This document shows positions 55,130 to 64,000 of a DNA stretch of 64,000 nt, piece after piece. The stretch's first letter is position 1. Each line of letters starts with the position of its first letter. The notes below the pieces were generated by a model. The model was not told the DNA's origin. It saw only the letters and a program-made list of their open reading frames with translations, and searched no databases. The translations under genes and the position numbers were made by a program. Source of the stretch: an uncultured Actinomycetes bacterium (GTDB taxonomy: Bacteria > Actinomycetota > Thermoleophilia > Gaiellales > Gaiellaceae); contig CAVTZA010000004.1 in NCBI GenBank assembly GCA_963739085.1, forward strand, positions 29,042 through 93,041. The letters are read 5' to 3'.

Positions 55130-56391
55130 GCTACCGGAACCGCGAGCTGCTCAACCTGACGCTCGTCGGCGTGCTGACCGCGATCGGCTTCGCCAGCGTG
55201 TACATCGCCCGGCAGGAGGTCGTCTCGACGAGCTCGCTGTCGTACGCGGGCTTCTTCTTCACGCTCTACCTGGCCGCGCACATCGTTGCGCGCGTCTGCG
55301 TGCCGAACGCCGACCCGTACCTGCTGCCGATCGCCGCCCTGCTCACCGCGATCGGCGTGACGGAGATCTACCGCCTGAACCCCGACGACGCCTTCCGCCA
55401 GGGGCTGTGGGTCGTGATCGGCGTCGGGCTCTTCTCGTTCACGCTCTTCATCCTCCGCCGCGACTTCCGGCGGATCGAGAGCTACCGCTACCTGTTCGGC
55501 CTGACCGCGCTGATCCTGCTCGTCCTGCCCGCGCTGCCCGGGATCGGGCGGACCATCAACGGCGCGAACCTCTGGGTGGGGATCGGGCCGTTGCAGCTCC
55601 AGCCCGGCGAGCTGGCAAAGATCATGCTGATCGTCTTCCTGGCCGGCTACCTGCGCGAGAAGCGCGAGGTGCTCGCCCAGGGGCGGCTGAAGGACTTCGG
55701 CCCGCTGCTCGTGATCTGGGGCGGCGCGATGCTCGTCCTCTTCCAGACCAACGACCTGGGCAGCGGTCTTCTCTACTTCGGGATCTTCCTCGCGATGCTC
55801 TACGTCGCGACCGCCCGCGGCTGGTTCGTGGTCGCCGGCGCCGCCCTCTTCCTCGTCGGCGCGTCCGTCCTCTACCAGATCGTCCCGCGCGTCCAGGAGC
55901 GCGTGACGGTGTGGTGGGACCCCTGGCCGCACGCGCAGGACGAGGGCTACCAGATCGTCCAGTCCGCCTACTCGATGGGGAACGGCGGCTTCGGGGGCAC
56001 CGGGCTCGGCAAGGGGACGTTCACGACGGTGCAGGGCGACTACGTGATCCCGTTCCTGAAGACCGACTTCATCTACTCCGCGCTCGCGCAGGAGCTCGGG
56101 CTCGTCGGCTCCGCCGCGCTGCTGCTCGTCTACATGGTGTTCGTGCTGCGCGGCTTCAGGATCGCGCTGCTCGCGAGCGACGGCTTCTCGAAGCTGCTCG
56201 CCGTGGGGCTGACGTTCGGCTTCGCCCTGCAGACGTTCATCATCGTCGGCGGCGTGCTGCGGGTGATCCCGCTGACCGGAATCACGCTGCCCTTCGTCAG
56301 CTACGGCGGCTCGAGCCTGCTCGCGAACTTCCTCATGCTCGCGGGCCTCCTCCTCGTCTCCAACCGGGCCAACGCCCGCCGCGCGCCATGA
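55126..56391 (+). CDS. rodA: FtsW/RodA/SpoVE family peptidoglycan glycosyltransferase
   Basis: GTGA overlap with pstP. Polytopic SEDS protein (LQPGELAKI, TDFIYSALAQELG, PLTGITLPFVSYGGSS). Confidence 0.9.
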   Translation: MSYRNRELLNLTLVGVLTAIGFASVYIARQEVVSTSSLSYAGFFFTLYLAAHIVARVCVPNADPYLLPIAALLTAIGVTEIYRLNPDDAFRQGLWVVIGVGLFSFTLFILRRDFRRIESYRYLFGLTALILLVLPALPGIGRTINGANLWVGIGPLQLQPGELAKIMLIVFLAGYLREKREVLAQGRLKDFGPLLVIWGGAMLVLFQTNDLGSGLLYFGIFLAMLYVATARGWFVVAGAALFLVGASVLYQIVPRVQERVTVWWDPWPHAQDEGYQIVQSAYSMGNGGFGGTGLGKGTFTTVQGDYVIPFLKTDFIYSALAQELGLVGSAALLLVYMVFVLRGFRIALLASDGFSKLLAVGLTFGFALQTFIIVGGVLRVIPLTGITLPFVSYGGSSLLANFLMLAGLLLVSNRANARRAP

Positions 56392-57881
56392 ATCGCCAGA
56401 TCACCCGTGTCGCCGTGGTCGCACTCGTGCTGCTGTCCGCCTTGATCGTCGCCACGACCTACTGGCAGAGCTGGGCGGCGGCCAGCCTCGCCGACCGGCA
56501 GGACAACGCGATCCAGCGCGTCGCGCAGTTCCAGATCAAACGCGGGCAGATCTACGCGGCGGACGGCCGCACGCTGCTCGCGCGCCGCATCGCGCGGAAG
56601 GTGCAGGGCAAGACGCTCTACTTCCGCCGCTACCCCTACGGCGGCCTCTTCGCGCACGCCGTCGGCTACTCCACGCAGGTGCGCTCGCGTGCCGGCCTCG
56701 AGCGCTCGATGAACGACTACCTCACGGCCTCGAACGCGAACCTGAGCACCGTCCTCGACCGGACGTTCGACAAGCTCCGCGGCGCGACCATCGAGGGCAA
56801 CGACGTGATCCTGACGCTGCGCCCCGGCGCCCAGCGGGTCGCCTACCAGCAGCTGGCAGGTCGCTGCGGGGCGGTCGTCGCGCTCGAGCCGAAGACCGGC
56901 CGCGTGCTGGTGATGGCGTCGTCGCCCACGTACGACCCCAACCTGATGGACCGGCCGGGCGGTTACGCGAAGATTCTCAGGACGAGGGCGCCGTGCACGT
57001 CGCCGTCGCCGCTCGTCAACCGGACGACCTTCGGGCAGTACATCCCCGGCTCGGTCTTCAAGGTCGTGACGGCATCGGCCGCCCTCGACACCGGCCGCTT
57101 CACGCCGGAGTCGTCGTTCGTCGATCCGGGTTACTGCGTCGAGTACGGCCGCAAGGTGACGAACTACTCCGACCAGAGCGGCCCGGAGGTGTTCGGCCGG
57201 GTCTCCTTGGTCCAGGCGCTCGTGAACTCGATCAACTCGGTCTTCTGCAACATCGGCAAGCAGATGGGGCCCAAGCCGATCGTCGACTACATGAAGCGCT
57301 ACGGCTTCTACTCGGTGCCGCCGCTCGAGACGCCCGTGAACGAGCGACGGGCGAGCGGCCTCTACAGCAAGGGCAAGCTGTTCGAGCCCGAGAACGCGGG
57401 CCAGGTCGACCCCGGGCGGCTCGCCTTCGGGCAGGAGCGGCTGCAGGTGACGCCGCTCCAGATGGCGATGGTGGCCGCCGGCGTCGCCAACAAGGGCGTC
57501 GTCATGGAGCCGTTCGTGGTGCAGAAGATCCGCGCGCCGGACGGTCAGACGATCCGCAAGACGAAGCCGCACGAGCTCGGCCGCGCGATCAGCCCGAAGA
57601 CGGCGGAGGAGCTCACCTCGATGATGACGCAGGTCGTCCAGAGCGGCACCGGCACCAACGCGCAGATCCCGGGCGTGACCGTGGCGGGCAAGACCGGCAC
57701 CGCCGAGACCGGTGTCGCGGGCCGCAACACGGTGTGGTTCATCACCTTCGCGCCCGCCGAGGATCCGAAGATCGCCGTCGCCGTCATGGTCGAGCAGCAG
57801 GACAGCACCGGCGGGCAGACGTCCGCTCCGATCGCAAAGGCCGTTTTGCAGGCACTTCTCCCGTCCCAGTCGAATACCTAA
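56388..57881 (+). CDS. pbpA: penicillin-binding protein (class B transpeptidase, PbpA-like)
   Basis: ATGA overlap with rodA. N-terminal anchor, plus SVFK (SxxK), SxN-type region (NSINS) and KTGT motifs. Confidence 0.9.
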   Translation: MNRQITRVAVVALVLLSALIVATTYWQSWAAASLADRQDNAIQRVAQFQIKRGQIYAADGRTLLARRIARKVQGKTLYFRRYPYGGLFAHAVGYSTQVRSRAGLERSMNDYLTASNANLSTVLDRTFDKLRGATIEGNDVILTLRPGAQRVAYQQLAGRCGAVVALEPKTGRVLVMASSPTYDPNLMDRPGGYAKILRTRAPCTSPSPLVNRTTFGQYIPGSVFKVVTASAALDTGRFTPESSFVDPGYCVEYGRKVTNYSDQSGPEVFGRVSLVQALVNSINSVFCNIGKQMGPKPIVDYMKRYGFYSVPPLETPVNERRASGLYSKGKLFEPENAGQVDPGRLAFGQERLQVTPLQMAMVAAGVANKGVVMEPFVVQKIRAPDGQTIRKTKPHELGRAISPKTAEELTSMMTQVVQSGTGTNAQIPGVTVAGKTGTAETGVAGRNTVWFITFAPAEDPKIAVAVMVEQQDSTGGQTSAPIAKAVLQALLPSQSNT

Positions 57882-57900
57882 CCTTGCGGATCAACGGGCC

Positions 57901-59820
57901 ATGGCCGTCCAGGACACCCTGATCAACACCCTCTTCGACGAGCGCTACCGGATCATCCGGCGGCTCGGATCGGGTGGGATGGCCAACGTCTACCTCGCCG
58001 AGGACGAAGAGCTCGGCCGCCGCGTGGCGATCAAGGTGCTCGACGAGAAGCATGCGATGGACGAGCAGTTCGTCGAGCGCTTCCGCCGCGAGGCCAAGAA
58101 CGCGGCCTCGCTCTCGCACCCGAACATCGTCTCGATCTACGACCGCGGCGAGGCAGAGGGCACGTTCTACATCGCCATGGAGTACGTCGAGGGCCGCACG
58201 CTCAAGGACCTGATCGTGGCGCACGGCCCGCTCCCGGTCGACCAGGCGGTCTCGTACGCGCGCCAGATCCTGAGCGCGCTCCGCTTCGCGCACCGGAAGG
58301 GCATCGTCCACCGCGACATCAAGCCGCACAACGTGCTCGTCGACGGCGACGGCCGGCTCAAGGTGACGGACTTCGGGATCGCGCGCGCGGGCGCCAGCCA
58401 GATGACCGAGGCGGGCTCGATCATCGGAACCGCGCAGTACCTCTCTCCCGAGCAGGCGCGCGGAGCACCGGTCGACCAGCGTTCCGACCTCTACTCCGTC
58501 GGCGTCGTGCTCAACGAGATGCTCACGGGCGCCGTGCCGTTCACCGGCGACACCCCGGTCGAGATCGCCATGAAGCACATCTCGGCGGTGCCGAAGCCGC
58601 CGTCGGCGAGCAGGCCCGACGTGCCCGAGGACCTCGACCTCGTCACGCTGCGCGCCCTCGCGAAGGACACGCGCGAGCGCTTCCAGACCGCCGAGGAGAT
58701 GGATTCCGAGCTCGGTCGTGTGCTCGCGGGGCTCAGCGTGACCGACGCGACCGCCGACGCCGCGACCGCCGTCCTCGCGGGAGCGGGGGTGTCCGACGCG
58801 GCCCCGACCGCCGTCGTGCGACGGCAAACACCGCCTCCCTATGCCCCGAGCGGCGGCTACCGCTACGACGAGCCGCCCCCGCCCGGACGCCGCTCGATCT
58901 GGCCTTGGCTGCTCGCGCTCGGCCTGGTCGTGGCCGCAGCCATCGCGGGGCTCTACGCGTACAACCGCATCCAGGACGAGCTCAACGCGAACAAGCCGGT
59001 CGCCGTCCCGTTGCTCGAGGGCAAGGAGGAGGCGCTCGCCGTGAACGACATCCTCGACCGGGATCTCGAGCCGCACGTGGTCCGCCAGTACCGGCCCGAC
59101 GACACCGAGAAGGGCAAGGTCTTCGACCAGGATCCGGAGGCGGGCGAGCGCATCGAGCGCGAGAACATCGTCACGATCTACGTCTCCCAGGGGAAACGGA
59201 AGGTCGACGTGCCGACCGTGAAGGGCCTCAGCGTGGCCGAGGCCGTCGCCCGCCTCAAGGACGCCGGGCTCAACGCCAATCCCGTCGAGGTCTTCTCGAC
59301 GCAGCCTGACGGCACGGTGATCGCGCAGGATCCGGCGCCGGGCAAGAGCGTGCCCGAGGGGACGACGGTGCGCATCAACGTCTCACAGGGCGAGAAGCCG
59401 ATCGCCGTGCCCGACGTGGTCGGGCTCAGCTACGAGGACGCGAAGGCCGCGCTCGAGGACGACGGCTTCATCGTCAAGCGCCAGGACCAGAACTCGAACA
59501 TCCAGCCGAACACGGTGATCGACACGAGCCCGAAGACCGGGGCAGGCCTCCAGCGCGGCGCAACGGTCACCGTGATCGTCTCCAAGGGCCCCAAGGACGT
59601 GGCCGTCCCGGAGGTCGAGGGCCTGGACGAGGAGAGCGCGCGCACGAAGCTCGAGGACGCCGGCTTCACGGTGTCGGTCAGCGACCAGCCGACGGACGAC
59701 CCCGCCAACGACGGCTTCGTGCTCGGGCAGGACCCGCAGGCCGGCGACCGCGCCGAGCCGGGCTCCTCCGTCGTCATCTTCGTCGGCCGTCTCTCCTCGG
59801 ACGAGCCGCCGCCGGAGTGA
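57901..59820 (+). CDS. pknB: Ser/Thr protein kinase PknB with four PASTA domains
   Basis: Kinase motifs [27 protein letters not shown] and LSPEQ. One TM helix and four PASTA repeats (VPLLEG..., VPTVKG..., VPDVVG..., VPEVEG...). Confidence 0.95.
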   Translation: MAVQDTLINTLFDERYRIIRRLGSGGMANVYLAEDEELGRRVAIKVLDEKHAMDEQFVERFRREAKNAASLSHPNIVSIYDRGEAEGTFYIAMEYVEGRTLKDLIVAHGPLPVDQAVSYARQILSALRFAHRKGIVHRDIKPHNVLVDGDGRLKVTDFGIARAGASQMTEAGSIIGTAQYLSPEQARGAPVDQRSDLYSVGVVLNEMLTGAVPFTGDTPVEIAMKHISAVPKPPSASRPDVPEDLDLVTLRALAKDTRERFQTAEEMDSELGRVLAGLSVTDATADAATAVLAGAGVSDAAPTAVVRRQTPPPYAPSGGYRYDEPPPPGRRSIWPWLLALGLVVAAAIAGLYAYNRIQDELNANKPVAVPLLEGKEEALAVNDILDRDLEPHVVRQYRPDDTEKGKVFDQDPEAGERIERENIVTIYVSQGKRKVDVPTVKGLSVAEAVARLKDAGLNANPVEVFSTQPDGTVIAQDPAPGKSVPEGTTVRINVSQGEKPIAVPDVVGLSYEDAKAALEDDGFIVKRQDQNSNIQPNTVIDTSPKTGAGLQRGATVTVIVSKGPKDVAVPEVEGLDEESARTKLEDAGFTVSVSDQPTDDPANDGFVLGQDPQAGDRAEPGSSVVIFVGRLSSDEPPPE

Positions 59821-60895
59821 GCCGCAAGCCGCGCGTCGCCGTCGTGATGGGCGGCCGCTCGAGCGAGCACGAGATCTCGCTGGCGTCGGCCCAGTCGGTG
59901 CTCGCCGCCCTCGAGGGCGCCGGCTACGAGACCGTCGCGATCGAGATCGGCCGCAAGGGGCGGTGGGCGTTGGCAAGTAAACAGTCTGTTACTTGAACAG
60001 GAACACGCCGGCAGGGTGCGGGACCCGATCCAAGTAAACAGTCTGCAACTTGCGCCCGACGACGCCCGGAGAGACGCTGCCGATCCCGACCGACCGCGCG
60101 GTGCCCACGGCCCTCGCGGAGGTCGACGTCGTGATCCCCGTCCTGCACGGGCCGTTCGGGGAGGACGGGACGGTGCAGGGGCTGTTCGAGCTCGCGGACG
60201 TGCCCTACGTCGGGCCTGGCGTGACGGCCTCGGCCGTCTGCATGGACAAGGACCTGTTCAAGAAGATCCTGCGCGACAGCGGGATCCCCGTCGCACGGCA
60301 CCTGAAGGTACGCGAGGGCGACCCGTTCCAGAACCCGTACGGCTACCCGGTGTTCGTCAAGCCGGCGAGGCTCGGCTCGTCGGTGGGGATCACGAAGGCA
60401 CACGACCCCGACGAGCTCGAGGAAGGCCTCCGGCTCGCGTTCAGGCACGACGAGAAGGTGCTGGTCGAGGAGTTCATCGCGGGCATCGAGGTCGAGTGCA
60501 GCGTGCTCGGCAACTTCGACGACCCGATCGCCTCGCTCCCGGGCGAGATCGTGCCCAACGCCGAGTGGTACGACTTCTCGGCCAAGTACGACGAGGGTGG
60601 GATGGAGCTGATCGTCCCTGCGCGAATCCCGGACGACGCGCAGAAGCGCGTGCAGGACGTCTCGATCCAGGCGTTCCTCGCCACCGACTGCGAGGGGATG
60701 GCGCGCGCCGACTGCTTCGTGCGCGAGGACGGCGAGGTGATCGTCAACGAGCTCAACACGATCCCGGGCTTCACAGCCACGAGCGTCTACGCGAAGCTCT
60801 TCGAGGCCTCGGGGATTCCCTACGCCGAGCTGCTCGAGCGCCTGATCCAGCTCGGGATCGAGCGTCACGAGCGACGCTCTCGCCTCGAGTACTAG
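59817..60895 (+). pseudogene. ddl: D-alanine--D-alanine ligase interrupted by an 80-bp insertion
   Basis: The N-terminal 52 codons ([19 protein letters not shown]...GRKGRWAL) run into a TGA at 59994. The rest (RPTTPGETLPIP...VDVVIPVLHGPFGEDGTVQG...ELNTIPGFT...) resumes at 60050/60053 in another frame. GTGA overlap with pknB. Confidence 0.85.
59973..60052. repeat. 80-bp twin-palindrome insertion in ddl (D2 - 35 nt - D3), possible miniature mobile element
   Basis: CAAGTAAACAGTCTGTTACTTG (59974-59995) and CAAGTAAACAGTCTGCAACTTG (60031-60052) lie 57 bp apart. TTG is present both immediately before the insert and at its end. Related to D1 at 7151. Confidence 0.7.
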
Positions 60896-62352
60896 CCCGA
60901 CCGCACCTCGTCCACGTGCGCCGCGCCGCCGTCCGGCAGGCGCAGCCAGATCAGGTAGTAGCGGTAGGCCTTGTCCTTCGTGTCCAGGTCGAACGTGGTC
61001 GTGCTGCCAACCGGCTTCTCGGGCGAGACGTCGACGAAATCGCCACTCGGGCTGTTGCTCGCGCGGATCTTGGCCGGGAAGCCGGGCGTGTCCGTCGTCA
61101 CCGTCAGCTGGCTCAGTGCGGCGGCCGGTTGCGACTGGAGCACGATGCCGACGCCGGACTTCGTGAAGCTGCGGTAGTCCTCGGTCGTCCAGTAGGTGGT
61201 CGGATTGCCGTCGGTGGCCCGGGGGACCTCGGCGTCGTGCTCCCCGCCGGTTCCCTCGGGGTCGTAGGCCGCGATTCCCGTCAGCTTGGCGTTGGTCGCG
61301 GCGGCGGCGCCGCCACCGCCGCCCCCGTTCCTGTTCTGGACGCCGTCGACGAGCAGGTAGACCGCGCCGGCGAGCGCCAGCACGAGCAGCGCGAGCACGA
61401 TGAGGACGCCCGGGGCGCGCCGCGGCTTGCGCCGGACCGCGCGGCCGTTCCCGCGACCGCCGCCGTCTTGCCTTCGGGCAGCGGGAACGACGAGCGTCCG
61501 CTCGGCCTCGTCTCCACCGTAGCCGTCGATCGCGGCCAGCGAGGCCTCGAGGTCGTCGACGAGCTCGGCCATCGACGCGTGCCGGTCCTCAGGGTCTTTC
61601 GCCATCGCGCGCTGGACGACCAGGTCGAGCCGCGGCGGGCAGTCAGGCCGGCGGTCGAGCGCGCTCGGCGCAGGCTGGTGCACGTGCTGCATCGCGACCG
61701 CGACGAAGTTCTCGCCGTCGTAGGGCACGTCGCCCGTGATCAGCTCGAAGAGCACGACGCCGAGCGAGTAGACGTCCGTCTGGGCGTCGACGTCCCGCCC
61801 CTGCGCCTGCTCTGGAGCGATGTAGTCGCTCGTCCCCACCACGGCTCCGGTCTGTGTGACGCCGTCCACGTCCAACGAGCGGGCGATCCCGAAGTCGGTC
61901 ACCTTGGCGCGACCGTCGTCGTTGAGGATGACGTTCTGCGGCTTGACGTCGCGGTGGACGATCCCGCGCTGGTGAGCGAATCCGAGCGCGCGCGCGACCT
62001 GGATCGTCAGCCCGACCGCCTCGCGGACCGGAAGCGCGCCCTCGCGGTTGACGAGCTGCTTGAGGTTCTCGCCGTCGATGAACTCGAAGACGATGAACTG
62101 GCGTCCGCCCTGCTCGCCGCGGTCGATGACCGTGACGATGTTCGGGTGGGCGAGCTGAGCCACCGCCCGTGCCTCCCGGCGGAACCGCTCGACGTACTCG
62201 GGATCGAGCGTGTACTGCTCGTGGAGGATCTTCAGCGCGACGGGGCGTTCCAGCAGGCGGTCGCGCGCCTTGAAGACGCTGGACATTCCACCGGTACCGA
62301 CGAGCTCCTCGATCTCATAGCGCTCGACGATTACCTCGCCTACCACGGACAT
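60892..62352 (-). CDS. Ser/Thr protein kinase with extracellular discoidin/F5-8-type-C-like domain
   Basis: Kinase motifs GTGGMSSVFKA, HRDVKPQNVIL, DFGIA and IAPEQ. TM helix, then a C-terminal domain with NPTTYWTTEDY. 4-nt convergent overlap with ddl. Confidence 0.85.
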   Translation of the reverse strand: MSVVGEVIVERYEIEELVGTGGMSSVFKARDRLLERPVALKILHEQYTLDPEYVERFRREARAVAQLAHPNIVTVIDRGEQGGRQFIVFEFIDGENLKQLVNREGALPVREAVGLTIQVARALGFAHQRGIVHRDVKPQNVILNDDGRAKVTDFGIARSLDVDGVTQTGAVVGTSDYIAPEQAQGRDVDAQTDVYSLGVVLFELITGDVPYDGENFVAVAMQHVHQPAPSALDRRPDCPPRLDLVVQRAMAKDPEDRHASMAELVDDLEASLAAIDGYGGDEAERTLVVPAARRQDGGGRGNGRAVRRKPRRAPGVLIVLALLVLALAGAVYLLVDGVQNRNGGGGGGAAAATNAKLTGIAAYDPEGTGGEHDAEVPRATDGNPTTYWTTEDYRSFTKSGVGIVLQSQPAAALSQLTVTTDTPGFPAKIRASNSPSGDFVDVSPEKPVGSTTTFDLDTKDKAYRYYLIWLRLPDGGAAHVDEVRSG

Positions 62353-62388
62353 GACGTTAGCGCGCAGAACGACGGGGTTAGGAGGATC

Positions 62389-63714
62389 CTACGCGCCGAG
62401 CGCGTGCTCGAGCGCGTCTTCCCAGACCGCGAGGGCCTCGTCCAGCTCGGCATCCGAGAGCACGAGCGGAGTCAGCACGCGGATGCAGTTCGAGTAGATG
62501 CCCGACTTCAGGAGCAGCAGCCCCCGACGTGCCGCCTCCTCGACGACCGCGGTCGCGAGCTCGGCGGCCGGCTCCTTGGTCGCGGGATCGCGGACGAGCT
62601 CGATCGCCAGCATCGCGCCGAGGCCACGGACGTCGCCGATTCGCGGCCAGCGCTCCTGCCAGGCGTGCATGCGGGCCCGCATCGTCTCGCCGAGGAAGGT
62701 CGCCCGCTCGCAGAGGTCCTCCTCGTCGATCACGTCGAGGACGGCCAGCGCGGCCGCCTGCGCGACCGGGTTGCCCACGTAGGTCCCACCGATCGCGGAG
62801 TCGCCGGGCGAGTCCATGATCTCGGCCTTGCCGATCACCCCGGAGAGCGGGAGCCCGGCGGCGATCGACTTGGCAACCGTCATCAGGTCGGGCTCGACAC
62901 CGTAGTGCTCGATCGCGAAGAGCTTGCCGGTGCGGCCGAACCCGGTCTGCACCTCGTCGACCACGAGCACGATCCCGTGGCTGTCGCAGATCGCGCGCAC
63001 GCCCTCCATGAACTCCGGCGGCGCCACCTGGAAGCCGCCCTCGCCCTGAACCGGCTCGATCACGATCGCGGCCACGGTCTCGGCCGCGACCTGCGTCACC
63101 AGCGCGCGCTCGAGCGCGTCGAGGGCGCCCCGCGCGTCCGGGCCGCGGTACTCCTGCGCGAACGGGACGCGGTAGACCTCGGGCGCGAAGGGGCCCAGCC
63201 CGGCCTTGTACGGGTGCGTCTTCGAGGTGAGCGAGAGCGAGAGCAGCGTCCGGCCGTGGAAGCCGCCCTCGAAGGCGATCACAGCCGGCCGGCCCGTATA
63301 GGAGCGCGCGAACTTGATCGCGTTTTCGATCGCCTCGGTGCCCGCGTTGAAGAACCCGGCCTTGGTCGGGCCCGCGATCGGGGCAAGCTCGCACAGGCGC
63401 TCGGCCAGCGTGACGTAGACCTCGTACGGGACGATGGTGAAGTCGGTGTGGCTGAAGTGCGAGAGCTGCTCCTGGGCGGCCTCGACGACCCGCGGGTGCG
63501 AGTGGCCGACGGCAAGGCAGCCCACGCCGCCGGCGAAGTCGATGAACGTGTTGCCGTCGACGTCGGTGAGAGTCGCGCCGCGGCCCTCTGCGACGACGAT
63601 CGGCAGGTAGATCGAGAGCGGCTCGGCGACGACCTTCTCCTTGCGCGCGAGGATCTCCCTGGACCGGGGCCCGGGGACTTCCGTGCGCAGCTCGATCGAC
63701 CTCGTCGTCGCCAT
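62389..63714 (-). CDS. gabT: 4-aminobutyrate aminotransferase (class III PLP aminotransferase)
   Basis: ATG at 63714. Motifs DVDGNTFIDFAGGVGCLAVGHSHP, LVVDEVQTGFGRTG and MTVAKSI (PLP Lys). Confidence 0.85.
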   Translation of the reverse strand: MATTRSIELRTEVPGPRSREILARKEKVVAEPLSIYLPIVVAEGRGATLTDVDGNTFIDFAGGVGCLAVGHSHPRVVEAAQEQLSHFSHTDFTIVPYEVYVTLAERLCELAPIAGPTKAGFFNAGTEAIENAIKFARSYTGRPAVIAFEGGFHGRTLLSLSLTSKTHPYKAGLGPFAPEVYRVPFAQEYRGPDARGALDALERALVTQVAAETVAAIVIEPVQGEGGFQVAPPEFMEGVRAICDSHGIVLVVDEVQTGFGRTGKLFAIEHYGVEPDLMTVAKSIAAGLPLSGVIGKAEIMDSPGDSAIGGTYVGNPVAQAAALAVLDVIDEEDLCERATFLGETMRARMHAWQERWPRIGDVRGLGAMLAIELVRDPATKEPAAELATAVVEEAARRGLLLLKSGIYSNCIRVLTPLVLSDAELDEALAVWEDALEHALGA

Positions 63715-63760
63715 CGCGGCGGACGATAGCTGGACCGCCGGACCCGCCCTAGTAGGAGGA

Positions 63761-64000
63761 CTAGCCGACCTCGAGCCGCTCGATCGTGACCTCGTCGCTC
63801 GGCTGGTCACGCGGGTCGCGCGGGACGTTCGAGATCGCATCGGCGACGTCCATGCCGGAGGTCACACGGCCGAAGACGGTGTGCTTCCCGTCGAGCCATG
63901 GGCACGCGTCGGCGACCACGATGAAGAACTGGCTGCCGTTGGTGTTCGGGCCGGCGTTGGCCATCGCGAGCGCGCCGCGCTCGACCTTGTTCGGGTTGAT
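63761..64000 (-). CDS. cyclophilin-type peptidyl-prolyl isomerase, C-terminal part (5' end outside window)
   Basis: The motifs [15 protein letters not shown] and [11 protein letters not shown] are present. The frame continues to the window edge. Confidence 0.85.
   Translation of the reverse strand: MNPNKVERGALAMANAGPNTNGSQFFIVVADACPWLDGKHTVFGRVTSGMDVADAISNVPRDPRDQPSDEVTIERLEVG

Noticed and set aside
59974-60052. Repeat-spacer-repeat layout (22 bp, 35 bp, 22 bp) that could be a mini CRISPR array.
   Set aside because: There are only two repeats. The repeats are short and strongly palindromic, they lie inside a housekeeping gene, no cas genes or leader are present in the window, and a third solitary copy exists at 7151.
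60016-63729. A 1237-aa ORF on the + strand.
   Set aside because: It is a low-complexity Arg/Asp/Gly-rich translation running antisense to the well-supported kinase and gabT genes. This is a typical shadow ORF in GC-rich DNA.

Overview
Very GC-rich, gene-dense chromosomal segment, mostly housekeeping. Several hallmarks are actinobacterial: opcA next to zwf, a PdtaS/PdtaR pair, and the fhaA-fhaB-pstP-rodA-pbpA-pknB division cluster. The taxon is an inference from gene content only.

Main blocks, in order:
- A caa3-type cytochrome oxidase cluster (ctaC-ctaD-ctaB).
- A complete pentose-phosphate locus: rpiB-tal-pgi-gnd-zwf-opcA, divergent from tkt.
- An ABC-F ATPase.
- pdtaR and pdtaS, separated by a three-gene block.
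- A large nitrogen-assimilation neighbourhood: two glutamine synthetases, a PAT-type acetyltransferase, PII, Amt, GltB, GGT and a Dpp/Opp peptide ABC importer.
- A paired half-size TauE exporter plus a GntR regulator.
- The Ser/Thr-kinase, FHA and cell-wall cluster, then ddl, gabT and a cyclophilin.

I found no rRNA, tRNA, CRISPR array with cas genes, prophage or transposase gene.

The non-routine signals are small-scale:
1. ddl is split by an 80-bp insertion made of two copies of a 22-bp near-palindrome. A third copy sits at a decayed locus near 7.15 kb.
2. A family of long-hairpin intergenic repeats has four same-orientation copies. They overlap gene ends, sit inside the dpp operon, and bracket the block between pdtaR and pdtaS.
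3. Two further short repeat families are present.
4. A strong intrinsic-terminator-like hairpin lies in the glnA leader.
5. Conserved genes (gltB, ggt, dppD) have no canonical start codon but have plausible CTG starts.
6. Four single-G insertions break pgi, ggt and a tauE-like gene. These could be sequencing errors.

I did not find a convincing new multi-gene system. The repeat and ddl observations are the best leads.
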